Below, in pieces: positions 1-9,150 of a stretch of DNA of 64,000 nt (its first letter is position 1; every line of letters starts with the position of its first letter). The position numbers and the translations under genes were made by a program. The notes beneath the pieces are model-generated. The model made no database searches. It worked only from the letters and a program-made list of their open reading frames with translations, and was not told the origin of the DNA. This DNA is from Gemmatimonadota bacterium (GTDB lineage Bacteria; Gemmatimonadota; Gemmatimonadetes; Gemmatimonadales; Gemmatimonadaceae): assembly GCA_040389905.1 (NCBI GenBank), contig JAZJZK010000012.1, forward strand, positions 62,929-126,928, read 5' to 3'.

Positions 1-59
1 GTCCCGCCGCATCGTCTTTTTGCTGCCAGTGTTTCTCGGGCTCTACAAGCTCTCATTTG

Positions 60-95
60 CAACAAGGGCCCTGGCTTTCGCCAGGGCCCTTGTTG
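60..95 (-). terminator. Intrinsic terminator-like hairpin downstream of the Ig-repeat surface protein gene
   Basis: Perfect 16-bp inverted repeat CAACAAGGGCCCTGGC (60-75) / GCCAGGGCCCTTGTTG (80-95), 4-nt loop, 16 nt after the TAA stop at 112-114. Confidence 0.8.
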
Positions 96-111
96 TAGAA
101 CCGAGCCTCTC

Positions 112-3100
112 TTAGTTCGACAGCGTCAAGCTGCCGGCGAGGGAAAGGATGCCAACACCAGCCGCATTCACGCCGATGGCGTAAATGGTAACTCCACCCG
201 CGATGCCGAGACCAGTTCCGGCCGAGGTGCCGGGCGGATTGTAGCTCGGGATGCGATAGGTCCATGTGCGCGAGGCGTTCGCGACGTCAGCGATGTCAGG
301 CGAGCTGACGCACCCAATCAGGCCCGCCGCGTCCGTCGTCTGAACGAGCAGACCCGCAGGGATCTGGCCGCCAGAGTTGGCTGCACCGGTCGCCGTTTGC
401 ACATAGTAGAAGCAGACTTGCGTGAACGGCAGGTTCTTCGACTGTGCATCACCAGGCACGGCCGAGTTGTAGACCGCGGCAGCGGTCAGCGTGACCGTCT
501 TGGACAACGCCGACGTCCCGTTGGCAACGGCCGTTGCAGCGTTGGTCTCGGCGAACGTGCTGAAGTTCGCTGTGGAGAAGCCAGTGCTGTTCGCGATGTT
601 GATGGGCGGAATTCCCGCCACGCCAACCGTGGAGATCAGGGCCGCTGCATCAATGGCACGAACCGTTACTGTGGCAGCCCGGCCGCTATCCGCACCGACA
701 CCGGCTGCGAAAGCGACTGGAGCGCCTGCTCCGTCCGTTCCCTGAAGCTGCTTGATGAAGTTCGCGACCGTGGCATTCAGCGCGGCCGTGGTGACGCGTG
801 TGGCATCGAAATTCGGCCCGTAGTTGTCGCCGGCGTAGAACAACCGTGCACTGCCAGACGCGGCAGAGTACGTGATGTCGAAGTTCGATGCCGCGAGATC
901 AACGTTGTCGTTCGCCGTCGACGTAAACGTCACCGACGCACCGCCCGTGAGGGTCTGCGGAACGCTGATGCCGCCAACCGTCGGGATGGTTGCATCCTTC
1001 AGGTACGTGCGCGTCAGAGTCGGAGAACCGTTACCGGCCTGATCCTGTGCGAAGGCCGTGTACGTGTAGTAGCCCTCGGTTGCAATTCCGCCGTCGACCG
1101 GATTGGTCCAGCCGGTCGTGACCGGGCCGCAAGCGGCGCCCGTACCGATGACGCAACCGCCACCAGACGTGCTGAAGTTGCGCAGCGAAGTAGCCCGCAG
1201 CTCGCCGCCGGCCGTGAAGCCGGAGACCGAGTCAACCGTGAACAGCGTCGCCGTTGCGCCTGTGGTGATAATCGTGTTGTCGCTGCTTCCAGTGCCTACG
1301 CCACCCGTACCGCCAGTGACGGAGAGCGCGTTCGGATTCTGGAAGTCGGCGCCGAACGGTCCGAAGTCCTCACAGACCACATTTCCGAGCGGATCGTTCT
1401 CTACGACGCGAACGAAGTAGTTCGGGGCGTACGGGGCCGCCGTCTGCGCGACGCTGGAACCGACCGTCACCGGCGTCAGAGCGCCCGTGGCGCAAGCCGC
1501 GCCTGTCGCGCTCGTGGACTGAGCCGTCGGGTAGGCGCCACTGGCCGTGCCGACGAAGAAGCTGACCGTGTTCTGGCCAGCCGCATAGGCGATGTCCGCC
1601 TGCGGAGTGTTGTTTGCTGCGAAGGAGTACGAAGCCTTGACCCAGTTACGCGGAGCCGGCGGGGTGCCGAAGGCAAGGGTCTGAGCAAGTGTGAGGGCAA
1701 CCGTCGGGGACTGGTTGTCCACGCGGACGGAAGGTGCCGTCGCGGGAACGGCGAGCGTGATCGCCTGGCCAGCCGCATCCGTCATACCAGCAACCGTTAT
1801 GGGGTCGCCGGCAACCGCGGTTGTCGTGTACTGCGTGAGGTTCTGCGCCGTTGCGCCTGTCGACGGGAAGGTCACCGAGAACTTGCCACCCGAGACCGCG
1901 ACGTTCCCGAACGTCTTCGCTCCGAGGCCCGTGGTCAGCGTGATCGTCGCAAGGCTTGGGCTCTGCGCGGCGCCACCAGGCGCGACGGTCGAGTAGACAA
2001 CCGGCGTGATGTCAACCTTCAGGTCACCCTGATTGTACGCCAGACCGTTGGTGGCGCTGATGACACCCTGGCTGCCCAGCAGGGTCGTCTTCGTGTACGA
2101 GGTCACCGTGCGGAACACGTTCGCGTTGTTCAGCGTGAACTGCACAAGGCTCGTTGCCAGGGCCGTTCCGAGCTTGGCCTTGAGGACGCAATTGCCATTC
2201 ACCTGGATCGGCGTGGCGGACGTGTTATCGACAATCGCGACACCGGCAGAATTCACCGTACCCGTCGCGGCCGTGTTGTAGCTCAGCGTCACTGCCGACT
2301 GGTTCTGCGAACCAGCAACTGCCTGCTGCGCGACAACGACGTCACCCGTCGCGGACGACGCACCACCCGCCGTGCAATTCTGGATCAGCTGCAGCGTGCC
2401 AGCCGGGCCGGAAATGAACAGCGTGACGTCAACCTGGCCAGCAACGTTGTTGAGGTTCGCCGGGGCCGGAGCACCACCACCAGCTGGCGTCTGGTTGACC
2501 GACGAAATTGCAACCGTGTTCGGCGTGTTCGCCGAACCAGCGGCCGGCGTGACCGTGATCAGCGCGGCGCTGCTCTTCGACGCATCGGCCGTCGAGGTCG
2601 CCTTCACCGTGACCGTACCAGCCGAAACACCGGTAACCTTACCCGCGTTGTCGACCGTGGCGATCGTGACGTCCGTGGAGCTCCACGTGACCGTCTTTGC
2701 TGCTGCGGCATCACCCGTGACCGACACGGCGAGCGTGACCGACTTGCCGGCCTCGATGGTCGCGTTGAGCGGGGAAACCGTGACACCCGTAACCGAGGGC
2801 GCCGTAACCGTGATCGCTGACGCGGACGCCTTCGAGGCATCTGCGGTCGACGTCGCCGTGATCGTTACCGAACCGGCCGAAACGCCCGTGACCTTACCAG
2901 TCGCATCAACCGTCGCGACCGCTGCGCTGCTCGACGACCAGGTGACCGTCTTCGCGGTGACGGCGTCAAACGTGACGACCGATGCGGCGAGGGTGATGGT
3001 CGTACCCGTCGCGATGGACGCGGACGGTGGTGATACCGTGATGCTCGAAACGCCGGTCTGCGTGACAGTCGACGGGCTACCAGTCAAAATGGTATCACCG

Positions 3101-3171
3101 TCGCCGCAAGCGGCCAACGCGCCGAACGCCAGAACTCCAACGAGTAATAGCGAACGAGAAACTTTGTGCAT
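112..3171 (-). CDS. Large Ser/Thr/Ala/Gly-rich surface lipoprotein with two N-terminal bacterial Ig-like (Big_2) repeats; S-layer/adhesin-like
   Basis: 1019 aa; signal peptide with lipobox ALAA-C; two repeats of V(S/T)xxTVSP...VTWSS(S/T)xxxxATVDxxGKVTGVSAG; SD-like GGGGGA before ATG 3171; four apparent Cys pairs in the C-terminal part. Confidence 0.85.
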   Translation of the reverse strand: MHKVSRSLLLVGVLAFGALAACGDGDTILTGSPSTVTQTGVSSITVSPPSASIATGTTITLAASVVTFDAVTAKTVTWSSSSAAVATVDATGKVTGVSAGSVTITATSTADASKASASAITVTAPSVTGVTVSPLNATIEAGKSVTLAVSVTGDAAAAKTVTWSSTDVTIATVDNAGKVTGVSAGTVTVKATSTADASKSSAALITVTPAAGSANTPNTVAISSVNQTPAGGGAPAPANLNNVAGQVDVTLFISGPAGTLQLIQNCTAGGASSATGDVVVAQQAVAGSQNQSAVTLSYNTAATGTVNSAGVAIVDNTSATPIQVNGNCVLKAKLGTALATSLVQFTLNNANVFRTVTSYTKTTLLGSQGVISATNGLAYNQGDLKVDITPVVYSTVAPGGAAQSPSLATITLTTGLGAKTFGNVAVSGGKFSVTFPSTGATAQNLTQYTTTAVAGDPITVAGMTDAAGQAITLAVPATAPSVRVDNQSPTVALTLAQTLAFGTPPAPRNWVKASYSFAANNTPQADIAYAAGQNTVSFFVGTASGAYPTAQSTSATGAACATGALTPVTVGSSVAQTAAPYAPNYFVRVVENDPLGNVVCEDFGPFGADFQNPNALSVTGGTGGVGTGSSDNTIITTGATATLFTVDSVSGFTAGGELRATSLRNFSTSGGGCVIGTGAACGPVTTGWTNPVDGGIATEGYYTYTAFAQDQAGNGSPTLTRTYLKDATIPTVGGISVPQTLTGGASVTFTSTANDNVDLAASNFDITYSAASGSARLFYAGDNYGPNFDATRVTTAALNATVANFIKQLQGTDGAGAPVAFAAGVGADSGRAATVTVRAIDAAALISTVGVAGIPPINIANSTGFSTANFSTFAETNAATAVANGTSALSKTVTLTAAAVYNSAVPGDAQSKNLPFTQVCFYYVQTATGAANSGGQIPAGLLVQTTDAAGLIGCVSSPDIADVANASRTWTYRIPSYNPPGTSAGTGLGIAGGVTIYAIGVNAAGVGILSLAGSLTLSN

Positions 3172-3626
3172 TATTCCCCCTAAGGAATGTTTGCGTGGAC
3201 GTACTACGTGGACATACTACGAAATCTGCGAGCCTGCACCTGCTGTCCTACTACCTGCACCGCCGGAGCGGCCGTACTTCGGAGCGTCATTTCTGCGAAA
3301 TCTCGAGGGCACAACCTCCGCCCACGACAACAGACACTCCGTGCCTAGGATATGTGATCCGGTGAACATAGGGCGTTTCAGTCCAGCGGTCAAGAACCGC
3401 GTTCGCGAAACCCCGACATTCTTCCGATCACCCCCATCGGCCCAGCTCAACTCCCACTACAGCCGAAAAAGCTAATACAAATGTTTCCGGCGCGCTGTGC
3501 GCTGCGTCACCCTCGTGCTGTGACGAGCCACCCCCGGGACGACCCATCTCCATACCCGTAACGCCACGTCCCCCGGCCGCCGACCGCTTCGGCGGACTTT
3601 CGGGCCGCACACTATATATACTGCCC

Positions 3627-5720
3627 ATGGCCGACGAACCGCGCCTCTATCGTCCCCGCGCCCGGGACCTCCCCAAGCCCGACGCGGATACCCTCACGTC
3701 GACGCTCAACCCGGATCAGGCTCGCGCCGTCACATTCGGCGACGCACCGCTCCTCATCATCGCGGGTGCCGGTACCGGGAAGACCAGAACGCTGACGCAT
3801 CGCGTCGCCGCGCTCGTCGATCGCGGGGTGCCGCCGGAACGGATCCTCCTCCTCACCTTCACGCGTCGCGCCGCCGCGGAAATGCTCTCCCGTGCCGAAC
3901 GGCTCGTCGGCTCGGCGGGCGCTCGCGTCCACGGCGGAACGTTCCACTCCGTCGGCCACCGCCTGCTTCGGCAGTTCGGCCCCTCCGCGGGACTCGGCAG
4001 CGATTTCACCATCATGGACCAGGGCGACGCAGAAGACCTCATGCAGCTCGCGCGCGCCGCCATGGGATTCGCCAAGACCTCGAAACGCTTTCCCAAGAAG
4101 GAAACGCTCCACTGGCTCTACTCCCGCCATGTGAACACGGAGCTCCCCCTCGACGAGCTGCTGCATCGCGACACGCCGCAGTTTCTCGAGTACCAGGAGC
4201 AGATCACTGCGTTGTTCGCGGACTACACACTCCGCAAGCAGGAACGCAATCTCGTCGACTACGACGACCTCCTGCTCTTCTGGGCCATCATGCTCGAGGC
4301 GTCGCCCGACCTGCAGCGCCGCATCGCCGGACTGTACGACCACGTGCTCGTGGACGAATATCAGGATACGAACCTGCTCCAGGCCCGCATCCTTCGCGGC
4401 ATGTGCGCGGCGAGTCGCAAACTCACGGTCGTGGGGGACGATGCGCAGAGCATCTACGCCTTCCGTGGCGCGCACTTCCGGAACATCCTCGACTTTCCGC
4501 GCCAGTTTCCCGGCGCAACGCTGATCACGCTCGACCAGAACTACCGCTCCACGCAACCGATCCTCACCATGTCGAACATGGTGATCTCCCGCGCCGAGGA
4601 ACGCTTCACGAAGGATCTGCACACGACGAGGGTGGGCGGTGAACTCCCCTGGCTCGTCACCGCCAAGGATGAAGGACAGCAGACCACGTTCGTCGTCGAC
4701 CGGGTGTTGCAGCTCCATGAGTCCGGAGTGCCGCTCCGCGAAATGGCCGTGCTCTTTCGCGCGGGCTACATGTCGGCGAACCTCGAAGTCGAGCTGGCCA
4801 ACCGAAAGATCCCCTTCGAGAAATGGGGCGGCCTCAAGTTTCTCGAGGCGGCGCATATAAAGGACGTCCTTGCATTCCTGCGCGTGTCCGAAAACCCGCG
4901 CGACGAAGTGAGCTGGTACCGCATTCTCATGTTGATGCCGGGCATCGGTGACACGACGGCGCGGGAGCTCATGGCAACGATGCAGGAGCGCTCGTGGGAT
5001 CCCGACGCGTTCACGCATCTGCTCGCACCACCGCGCGCGCGCGAAGCACACCGGTCACTCGCGGCGCTCCTCCGCCAGCTGCGCGGCCTCGAGAATCGCG
5101 ACGGCGAGTCCGCCGGTGCCAAGGTGGCCAGCGATATCGCTGCCGTGCGCTCGATCTACGACGCGATCCTCAAGGAGAAGTACGACAGCCCCGAGGCGCG
5201 ACTCGCGGATCTCGACCAGCTTCGGACCATCGCGGCCGGGTATCCCTCGCGCTCGAACTTTCTGGCTGCGCTCGCCCTCGACCCACCGTCAAGCACGCAG
5301 GATCTGGCCGGCGGCAGTGAGTCGGAGGACGACGCCCTAGTCCTCAGCACCGTCCACAGTGCCAAGGGGAAGGAATGGAAGGCGGTCTTCATCATCTGGG
5401 CGGTCGATGGATGGTTCCCATCGTCGCGCGCCATCGAAGACACCGATGAACTCGAGGAGGAGCGCCGACTGATGTATGTCGCTCTCACGCGCGCGAAGGA
5501 CGAGCTGGCGATCGTATATCCGATGCAGGTGTATGGCTCGCGCCGGAGTGCAGACTACTCGTTCGACCAGCTCTCGCGCTTTCTCGATCGCGGCGTACGG
5601 GGAACCATGCAGCGTGTCGTTGTCGAGGATCCGGGAGACACGCCGACGGGAGCGCCGGCGACGCCAGCCGCTCCGGCGATCGATCTTCGCGCGCTGATGC
5701 GGGGACGGTTCGCGCCGTGA
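3627..5720 (+). CDS. UvrD/PcrA/Rep-family ATP-dependent DNA helicase
   Basis: Q motif LNPDQ, Walker A AGAGTGKT, Walker B DEYQD, VGDDAQSIYAFRGA, NYRS, STVHSAKGKEW, EERRLMYVALTRA. Confidence 0.95.
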   Translation: MADEPRLYRPRARDLPKPDADTLTSTLNPDQARAVTFGDAPLLIIAGAGTGKTRTLTHRVAALVDRGVPPERILLLTFTRRAAAEMLSRAERLVGSAGARVHGGTFHSVGHRLLRQFGPSAGLGSDFTIMDQGDAEDLMQLARAAMGFAKTSKRFPKKETLHWLYSRHVNTELPLDELLHRDTPQFLEYQEQITALFADYTLRKQERNLVDYDDLLLFWAIMLEASPDLQRRIAGLYDHVLVDEYQDTNLLQARILRGMCAASRKLTVVGDDAQSIYAFRGAHFRNILDFPRQFPGATLITLDQNYRSTQPILTMSNMVISRAEERFTKDLHTTRVGGELPWLVTAKDEGQQTTFVVDRVLQLHESGVPLREMAVLFRAGYMSANLEVELANRKIPFEKWGGLKFLEAAHIKDVLAFLRVSENPRDEVSWYRILMLMPGIGDTTARELMATMQERSWDPDAFTHLLAPPRAREAHRSLAALLRQLRGLENRDGESAGAKVASDIAAVRSIYDAILKEKYDSPEARLADLDQLRTIAAGYPSRSNFLAALALDPPSSTQDLAGGSESEDDALVLSTVHSAKGKEWKAVFIIWAVDGWFPSSRAIEDTDELEEERRLMYVALTRAKDELAIVYPMQVYGSRRSADYSFDQLSRFLDRGVRGTMQRVVVEDPGDTPTGAPATPAAPAIDLRALMRGRFAP

Positions 5721-7774
5721 GCAAGGCGCTTCGCGCCGAGCGCAAGGACGCACCCGCAACGGGTCATCGCTGGCCCTCCATGGCGGTTGCGATCGTCATC
5801 GTGCTGCTCGGCGTCGTCCCGACGGCCAACCTCGTAACCGCCGGAGTGGGACTGCCGTGGTACGGACTCGCGGTGCGCGAGTGGCTCGCGTGGGGAGTGT
5901 TGATGACATGCGCGACGATGGCGCTCGGCTTCGCCGTGCCGGACGCGATCGAGCGGAATGTGAAGCGGGCAACCCAGCTGCTCCTCGCCATGCCGCCAGC
6001 TGTGTTCGCGGCACTCGTTGGTGTGATTGCGTGCGGCCTCTCCGTGTTTGCAGGCTGGCGACTGTTTGACCTCGCGCCCGTGGTGGGTGACGAGTTCGCG
6101 CAGCGCTGGCAGGCGCACCTCCTGGCCCTGGGGCGGCTATCCGCGCGGCGCGATCCCAACCCGGAATTCTTCTCGACGGTCGAAACGCTCGTCGTCGGAG
6201 ATCGATGGTTCTCACAGTTTCCGATGGGCGGACCCGCATTGCTTGCGCTTGGGTTGCTCGCACATGCGCCGTGGCTCGTCAATCCGCTGCTGGCGGGTGT
6301 CGCGGCCATTGCCGTGTATCGTTTCGCATCGGCCACGTTCGACGAATCGACTGCCCGCGTCACCGGATTGCTCTTCGCGCTCTGCCCCTTCGTCTTGATG
6401 ATGGCGGGCAGCGAAATGAATCACGTGGGATCGCTCGCATTTCTCTGGGTCGCGCTCGCGGCGTTGCCCGCATGGAAGAATGCTGCGAGCGGTAGGACGG
6501 CGCACCGTGCGGCCGCACTGATCGGCGGATGCATTGGGATCGCGGCAGCAATTCGTCCATTCGATGCGGCGGTCTTCGCGCTGGCTGTTGGCGTCTTTCA
6601 GCTCAACGCCGTGCGAACGAATCGGGCGCTCGGCGCGTCGCTCGTGACGCAGGTTTGCGTGGGAACAATTCCAGTGGCGCTGCTGCTCGTGGCCAACGTC
6701 CTGACGACTGGCGGTGCGTTCGCGTTCGCCTACGATGTATTGAATGGCGCGGAACACCGGCCGGGCTTTCACATGACGCCGCTCGCCTTCGAGCATACGC
6801 CGAGGCGCGGCCTCTATATGATCTCCGCGTACCTGATGAAGCTCGACGTCGGATTGTTCGCATGGCCTGTTCCCGCGATGCTCATCGTCGCGCTTGGCAT
6901 CGGCCTGCTGCGGAAGGTCACCGAATGGGATCGACTGATGTTCCTCGTGCTCGCCGGCATACTCGCAGGCTATTCGGTGTATTGGTCCGAAAGCTATTTC
7001 GTCGGACCGCGCTTCCTGTTCGCCATCGCGCCGGTATTCGTGATCTACACTGCGCGATTCACGACGACGCTTCGGGCGCACGTACGACAACCCAGAATCC
7101 GCGCTGCCATCGTGCTGCTGATTCCCCTGTGGCTCCTCGCATCATGGATCGCGCCTGCGAGGGAAACGCAGTTCTATGGCATTGGGATGCTCGGTAAGAT
7201 CTACCACGCTCGCGGAACCGCGGATGCGATCGAGCAGGCCGTTCGCGACGGACGGGTGACACACGCCGTGGTGTTTCTCGGTGAAGGCTGGCATTCGCGG
7301 TTGACCGCTCGCCTCCGCGAATTGGGTTTGCGGCCGCTCGCCGCGGAGACGGCGGTGCTTCGATACGACGCCTGTACGCTGCAAACAGTGCTCGACCAAG
7401 TCGACGCTTCCGTCAACATTCCGCGGGAGGTTCGTCTCGACATGGTACTGGCACGCGCCGAACAGGATCCGCCAACGAGTCGGACGAAGCAGCTTTCGTC
7501 CGATCAGATTGCGCTCGTGCCCAATCGCCCGCTCAGTGCAGGGTGCGCGCGAGAGTTTTCACAGCCGCCGTCGCTCGGCGTGAGTATCGCCGAGATCCTC
7601 CCGCATCAGTCGCTCGATTCTTCGGGGGCCATCGGGGGCGATGTCGTGTATGCGCGCGACTTCGGGCCGCACAATGAGGTGCTGCGGAATCGCTTCGGGG
7701 ACAGAGCATGGCTCAGGGCGCGCACAGAGATGGTCGATGGGGCACTGCGGGTTCGGCTCGAACCTTATCGGTAA
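5717..7774 (+). CDS. Polytopic GT-C fold glycosyltransferase (ArnT/PMT-like) with C-terminal periplasmic domain
   Basis: GTG overlaps the helicase stop; many hydrophobic segments; first-loop acidic pair GDE, SQFPMGGP, IRPFD, GPRF motifs typical of GT39/GT83-like proteins. Confidence 0.7.
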   Translation: MSKALRAERKDAPATGHRWPSMAVAIVIVLLGVVPTANLVTAGVGLPWYGLAVREWLAWGVLMTCATMALGFAVPDAIERNVKRATQLLLAMPPAVFAALVGVIACGLSVFAGWRLFDLAPVVGDEFAQRWQAHLLALGRLSARRDPNPEFFSTVETLVVGDRWFSQFPMGGPALLALGLLAHAPWLVNPLLAGVAAIAVYRFASATFDESTARVTGLLFALCPFVLMMAGSEMNHVGSLAFLWVALAALPAWKNAASGRTAHRAAALIGGCIGIAAAIRPFDAAVFALAVGVFQLNAVRTNRALGASLVTQVCVGTIPVALLLVANVLTTGGAFAFAYDVLNGAEHRPGFHMTPLAFEHTPRRGLYMISAYLMKLDVGLFAWPVPAMLIVALGIGLLRKVTEWDRLMFLVLAGILAGYSVYWSESYFVGPRFLFAIAPVFVIYTARFTTTLRAHVRQPRIRAAIVLLIPLWLLASWIAPARETQFYGIGMLGKIYHARGTADAIEQAVRDGRVTHAVVFLGEGWHSRLTARLRELGLRPLAAETAVLRYDACTLQTVLDQVDASVNIPREVRLDMVLARAEQDPPTSRTKQLSSDQIALVPNRPLSAGCAREFSQPPSLGVSIAEILPHQSLDSSGAIGGDVVYARDFGPHNEVLRNRFGDRAWLRARTEMVDGALRVRLEPYR

Positions 7775-7824
7775 GGGAGCGTTCCTCGTCGGCGTCATCG
7801 CACCGGGAAAGCCCATATACGTTT

Positions 7825-7967
7825 ACCGCAGAGGGCGCAGAGGAGCAGAGGTACGCAGAGGAAACGCAACTGAAGGTGCGGGCCCTTCGCTTCACTCAGG
7901 GCGACAAAACGAGCGGAACTACTCGCTGTTCACGTAGTCCTCTGCGATCCTCTGCGCCCTCTGCGGT
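7825..7967. repeat. REP-like palindromic intergenic element between convergent genes
   Basis: Perfect 20-bp inverted repeat ACCGCAGAGGGCGCAGAGGA (7825-7844) / TCCTCTGCGCCCTCTGCGGT (7948-7967) with further GCAGAGG units. Confidence 0.85.
7873..7911 (+). repeat. 39-nt dispersed repeat, copy 1 (CCCTTCGCTTC(A/G)CTCAGGG core)
   Basis: AAGGTGCGGGCCCTTCGCTTCACTCAGGGCGACAAAACG matches the reverse complement of 62510-62548 at 38/39 nt. Confidence 0.9.
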
Positions 7968-7986
7968 GAAATCAGTTGCAGTTCCG

Positions 7987-9078
7987 CTATTTGGCCAGCG
8001 CCCTCACGGCCTCGAAGGGCGCGCCTTTGTTCGAACGTGCCGCCCCGATGATCACCTGAATCGTTCGCCGCAAATCACCCTTGTTGCGCGCGAGCACGAC
8101 GTCGAACGCATCCAGATCCGTGAGGTAGACACGACGCGACATGAGCTGCGCGTTGTCGAATCGGATGCGCTCAAGGCGCGCTGGGCTGGTCGTCCGCAGT
8201 TGCGTGCCGATCTGATAAATGAGGATCTGCCGCGCTTCGACGTAGAGTGAATCGCGCAAACGAATGCGCTCGCCGACGTGTACCGGCTCTTCGCCGGGAT
8301 GCGCCTTGAATGTCGAGTCCACGCGATCGTAGAGCGCCGCCCAGAAGGCGCCGAGGACCTGTTCGTCGCGCCAGCGGGCGATGACTTCATCGGCGGCTGC
8401 CGATTGACCGCGCGAGCGGAAGAAGCGCTCGGCACCGCGCGAGCCGACGAAGTTGGCGAAGCTTTCATTGAAGACCGCCCCGCCGGGCGCATAGTACGTG
8501 TTGTGCGTCAGCTCGTGGATGACTGTATTGGCCAGATTCAGTGTGTCGGTTCGAAGGGTCGTGGGCAGCAGGGGATCGTCGAACCAGCCCAGCGTACTGA
8601 AGGCTGAGGCGGCGCCGAGTGACGCGTCGAAGCCGCGCTCGGCCAGCGCGCGCTCCTGACGGCGTGCTTCGTCGAAGTCGAAGTAGCCCTTGTATGGCAC
8701 GCGTCCGACGACGGGAAACCACCAGGTGTAGCGTTTGAGCTTGTCCCTGTAGGCACCGGACAACACGAGGACGAGGGTGTCCCGGTCAAGCTTGCTGTAG
8801 GTGGTGAAGCTGTTTCCGGTTTGGAGGCCGAGCGAGTCGCGGGCAAATGAACGGGCGGCGGCGACCAGCTCGAACTTCTTCCGCAGCGCGGGCGGAGTCG
8901 CCGGATCGGAGAGATAGGCACTGATCGGCTTTCGGCGCGCCAGGATCTTGCCCTCCTCCCAGCCGGCACGAAGCAGGTAGCGGCCGGTCGGCGCCAGGAT
9001 GAGGTACGCGACGATGCAGATCGCGAGCACGGCCAGCACGCGAACGGCTGGCCGTAGCCATTTAACTCTTTTATTCAC
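7987..9078 (-). CDS. Predicted Zn-dependent aminopeptidase (HEXXH, DUF2265-like) with N-terminal membrane anchor
   Basis: 363 aa; WWFPVVGRVPYKGYF, AFSTLGWFDDP, HELTH...FNESFA gluzincin motifs. Confidence 0.85.
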   Translation of the reverse strand: MNKRVKWLRPAVRVLAVLAICIVAYLILAPTGRYLLRAGWEEGKILARRKPISAYLSDPATPPALRKKFELVAAARSFARDSLGLQTGNSFTTYSKLDRDTLVLVLSGAYRDKLKRYTWWFPVVGRVPYKGYFDFDEARRQERALAERGFDASLGAASAFSTLGWFDDPLLPTTLRTDTLNLANTVIHELTHNTYYAPGGAVFNESFANFVGSRGAERFFRSRGQSAAADEVIARWRDEQVLGAFWAALYDRVDSTFKAHPGEEPVHVGERIRLRDSLYVEARQILIYQIGTQLRTTSPARLERIRFDNAQLMSRRVYLTDLDAFDVVLARNKGDLRRTIQVIIGAARSNKGAPFEAVRALAK

Positions 9079-9114
9079 AATACTTTACACCGCCCGTGCA
9101 TCGTCGTAGCGCCT

Positions 9115-9143
9115 TTGACGCGAGGGAACGCGGTCGCTATCCT
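9115..9143 (+). promoter_or_regulatory. Sigma70-type promoter for dnaE, probably leaderless
   Basis: TTGACG (9115-9120), 17-nt spacer, TATCCT (9138-9143), 7 nt before ATG 9151; no SD. Confidence 0.6.
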
Positions 9144-9150
9144 TCGTAAA

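Noticed and set aside
397..2820. 807-aa plus-strand ORF (and 2372-3475) antisense to the surface protein
   Set aside because: Arg-rich shadow ORF produced by the codon bias of the real minus-strand gene; no motifs or RBS
3627..5720. UvrD as part of an anti-phage system (e.g. Gabija B)
   Set aside because: No OLD/TOPRIM nuclease partner; full-length housekeeping-type helicase among core genes
7825..7967. Possible CRISPR array or IS ends
   Set aside because: No regularly spaced repeat-spacer units, cas genes or transposase; fits a REP-like palindrome
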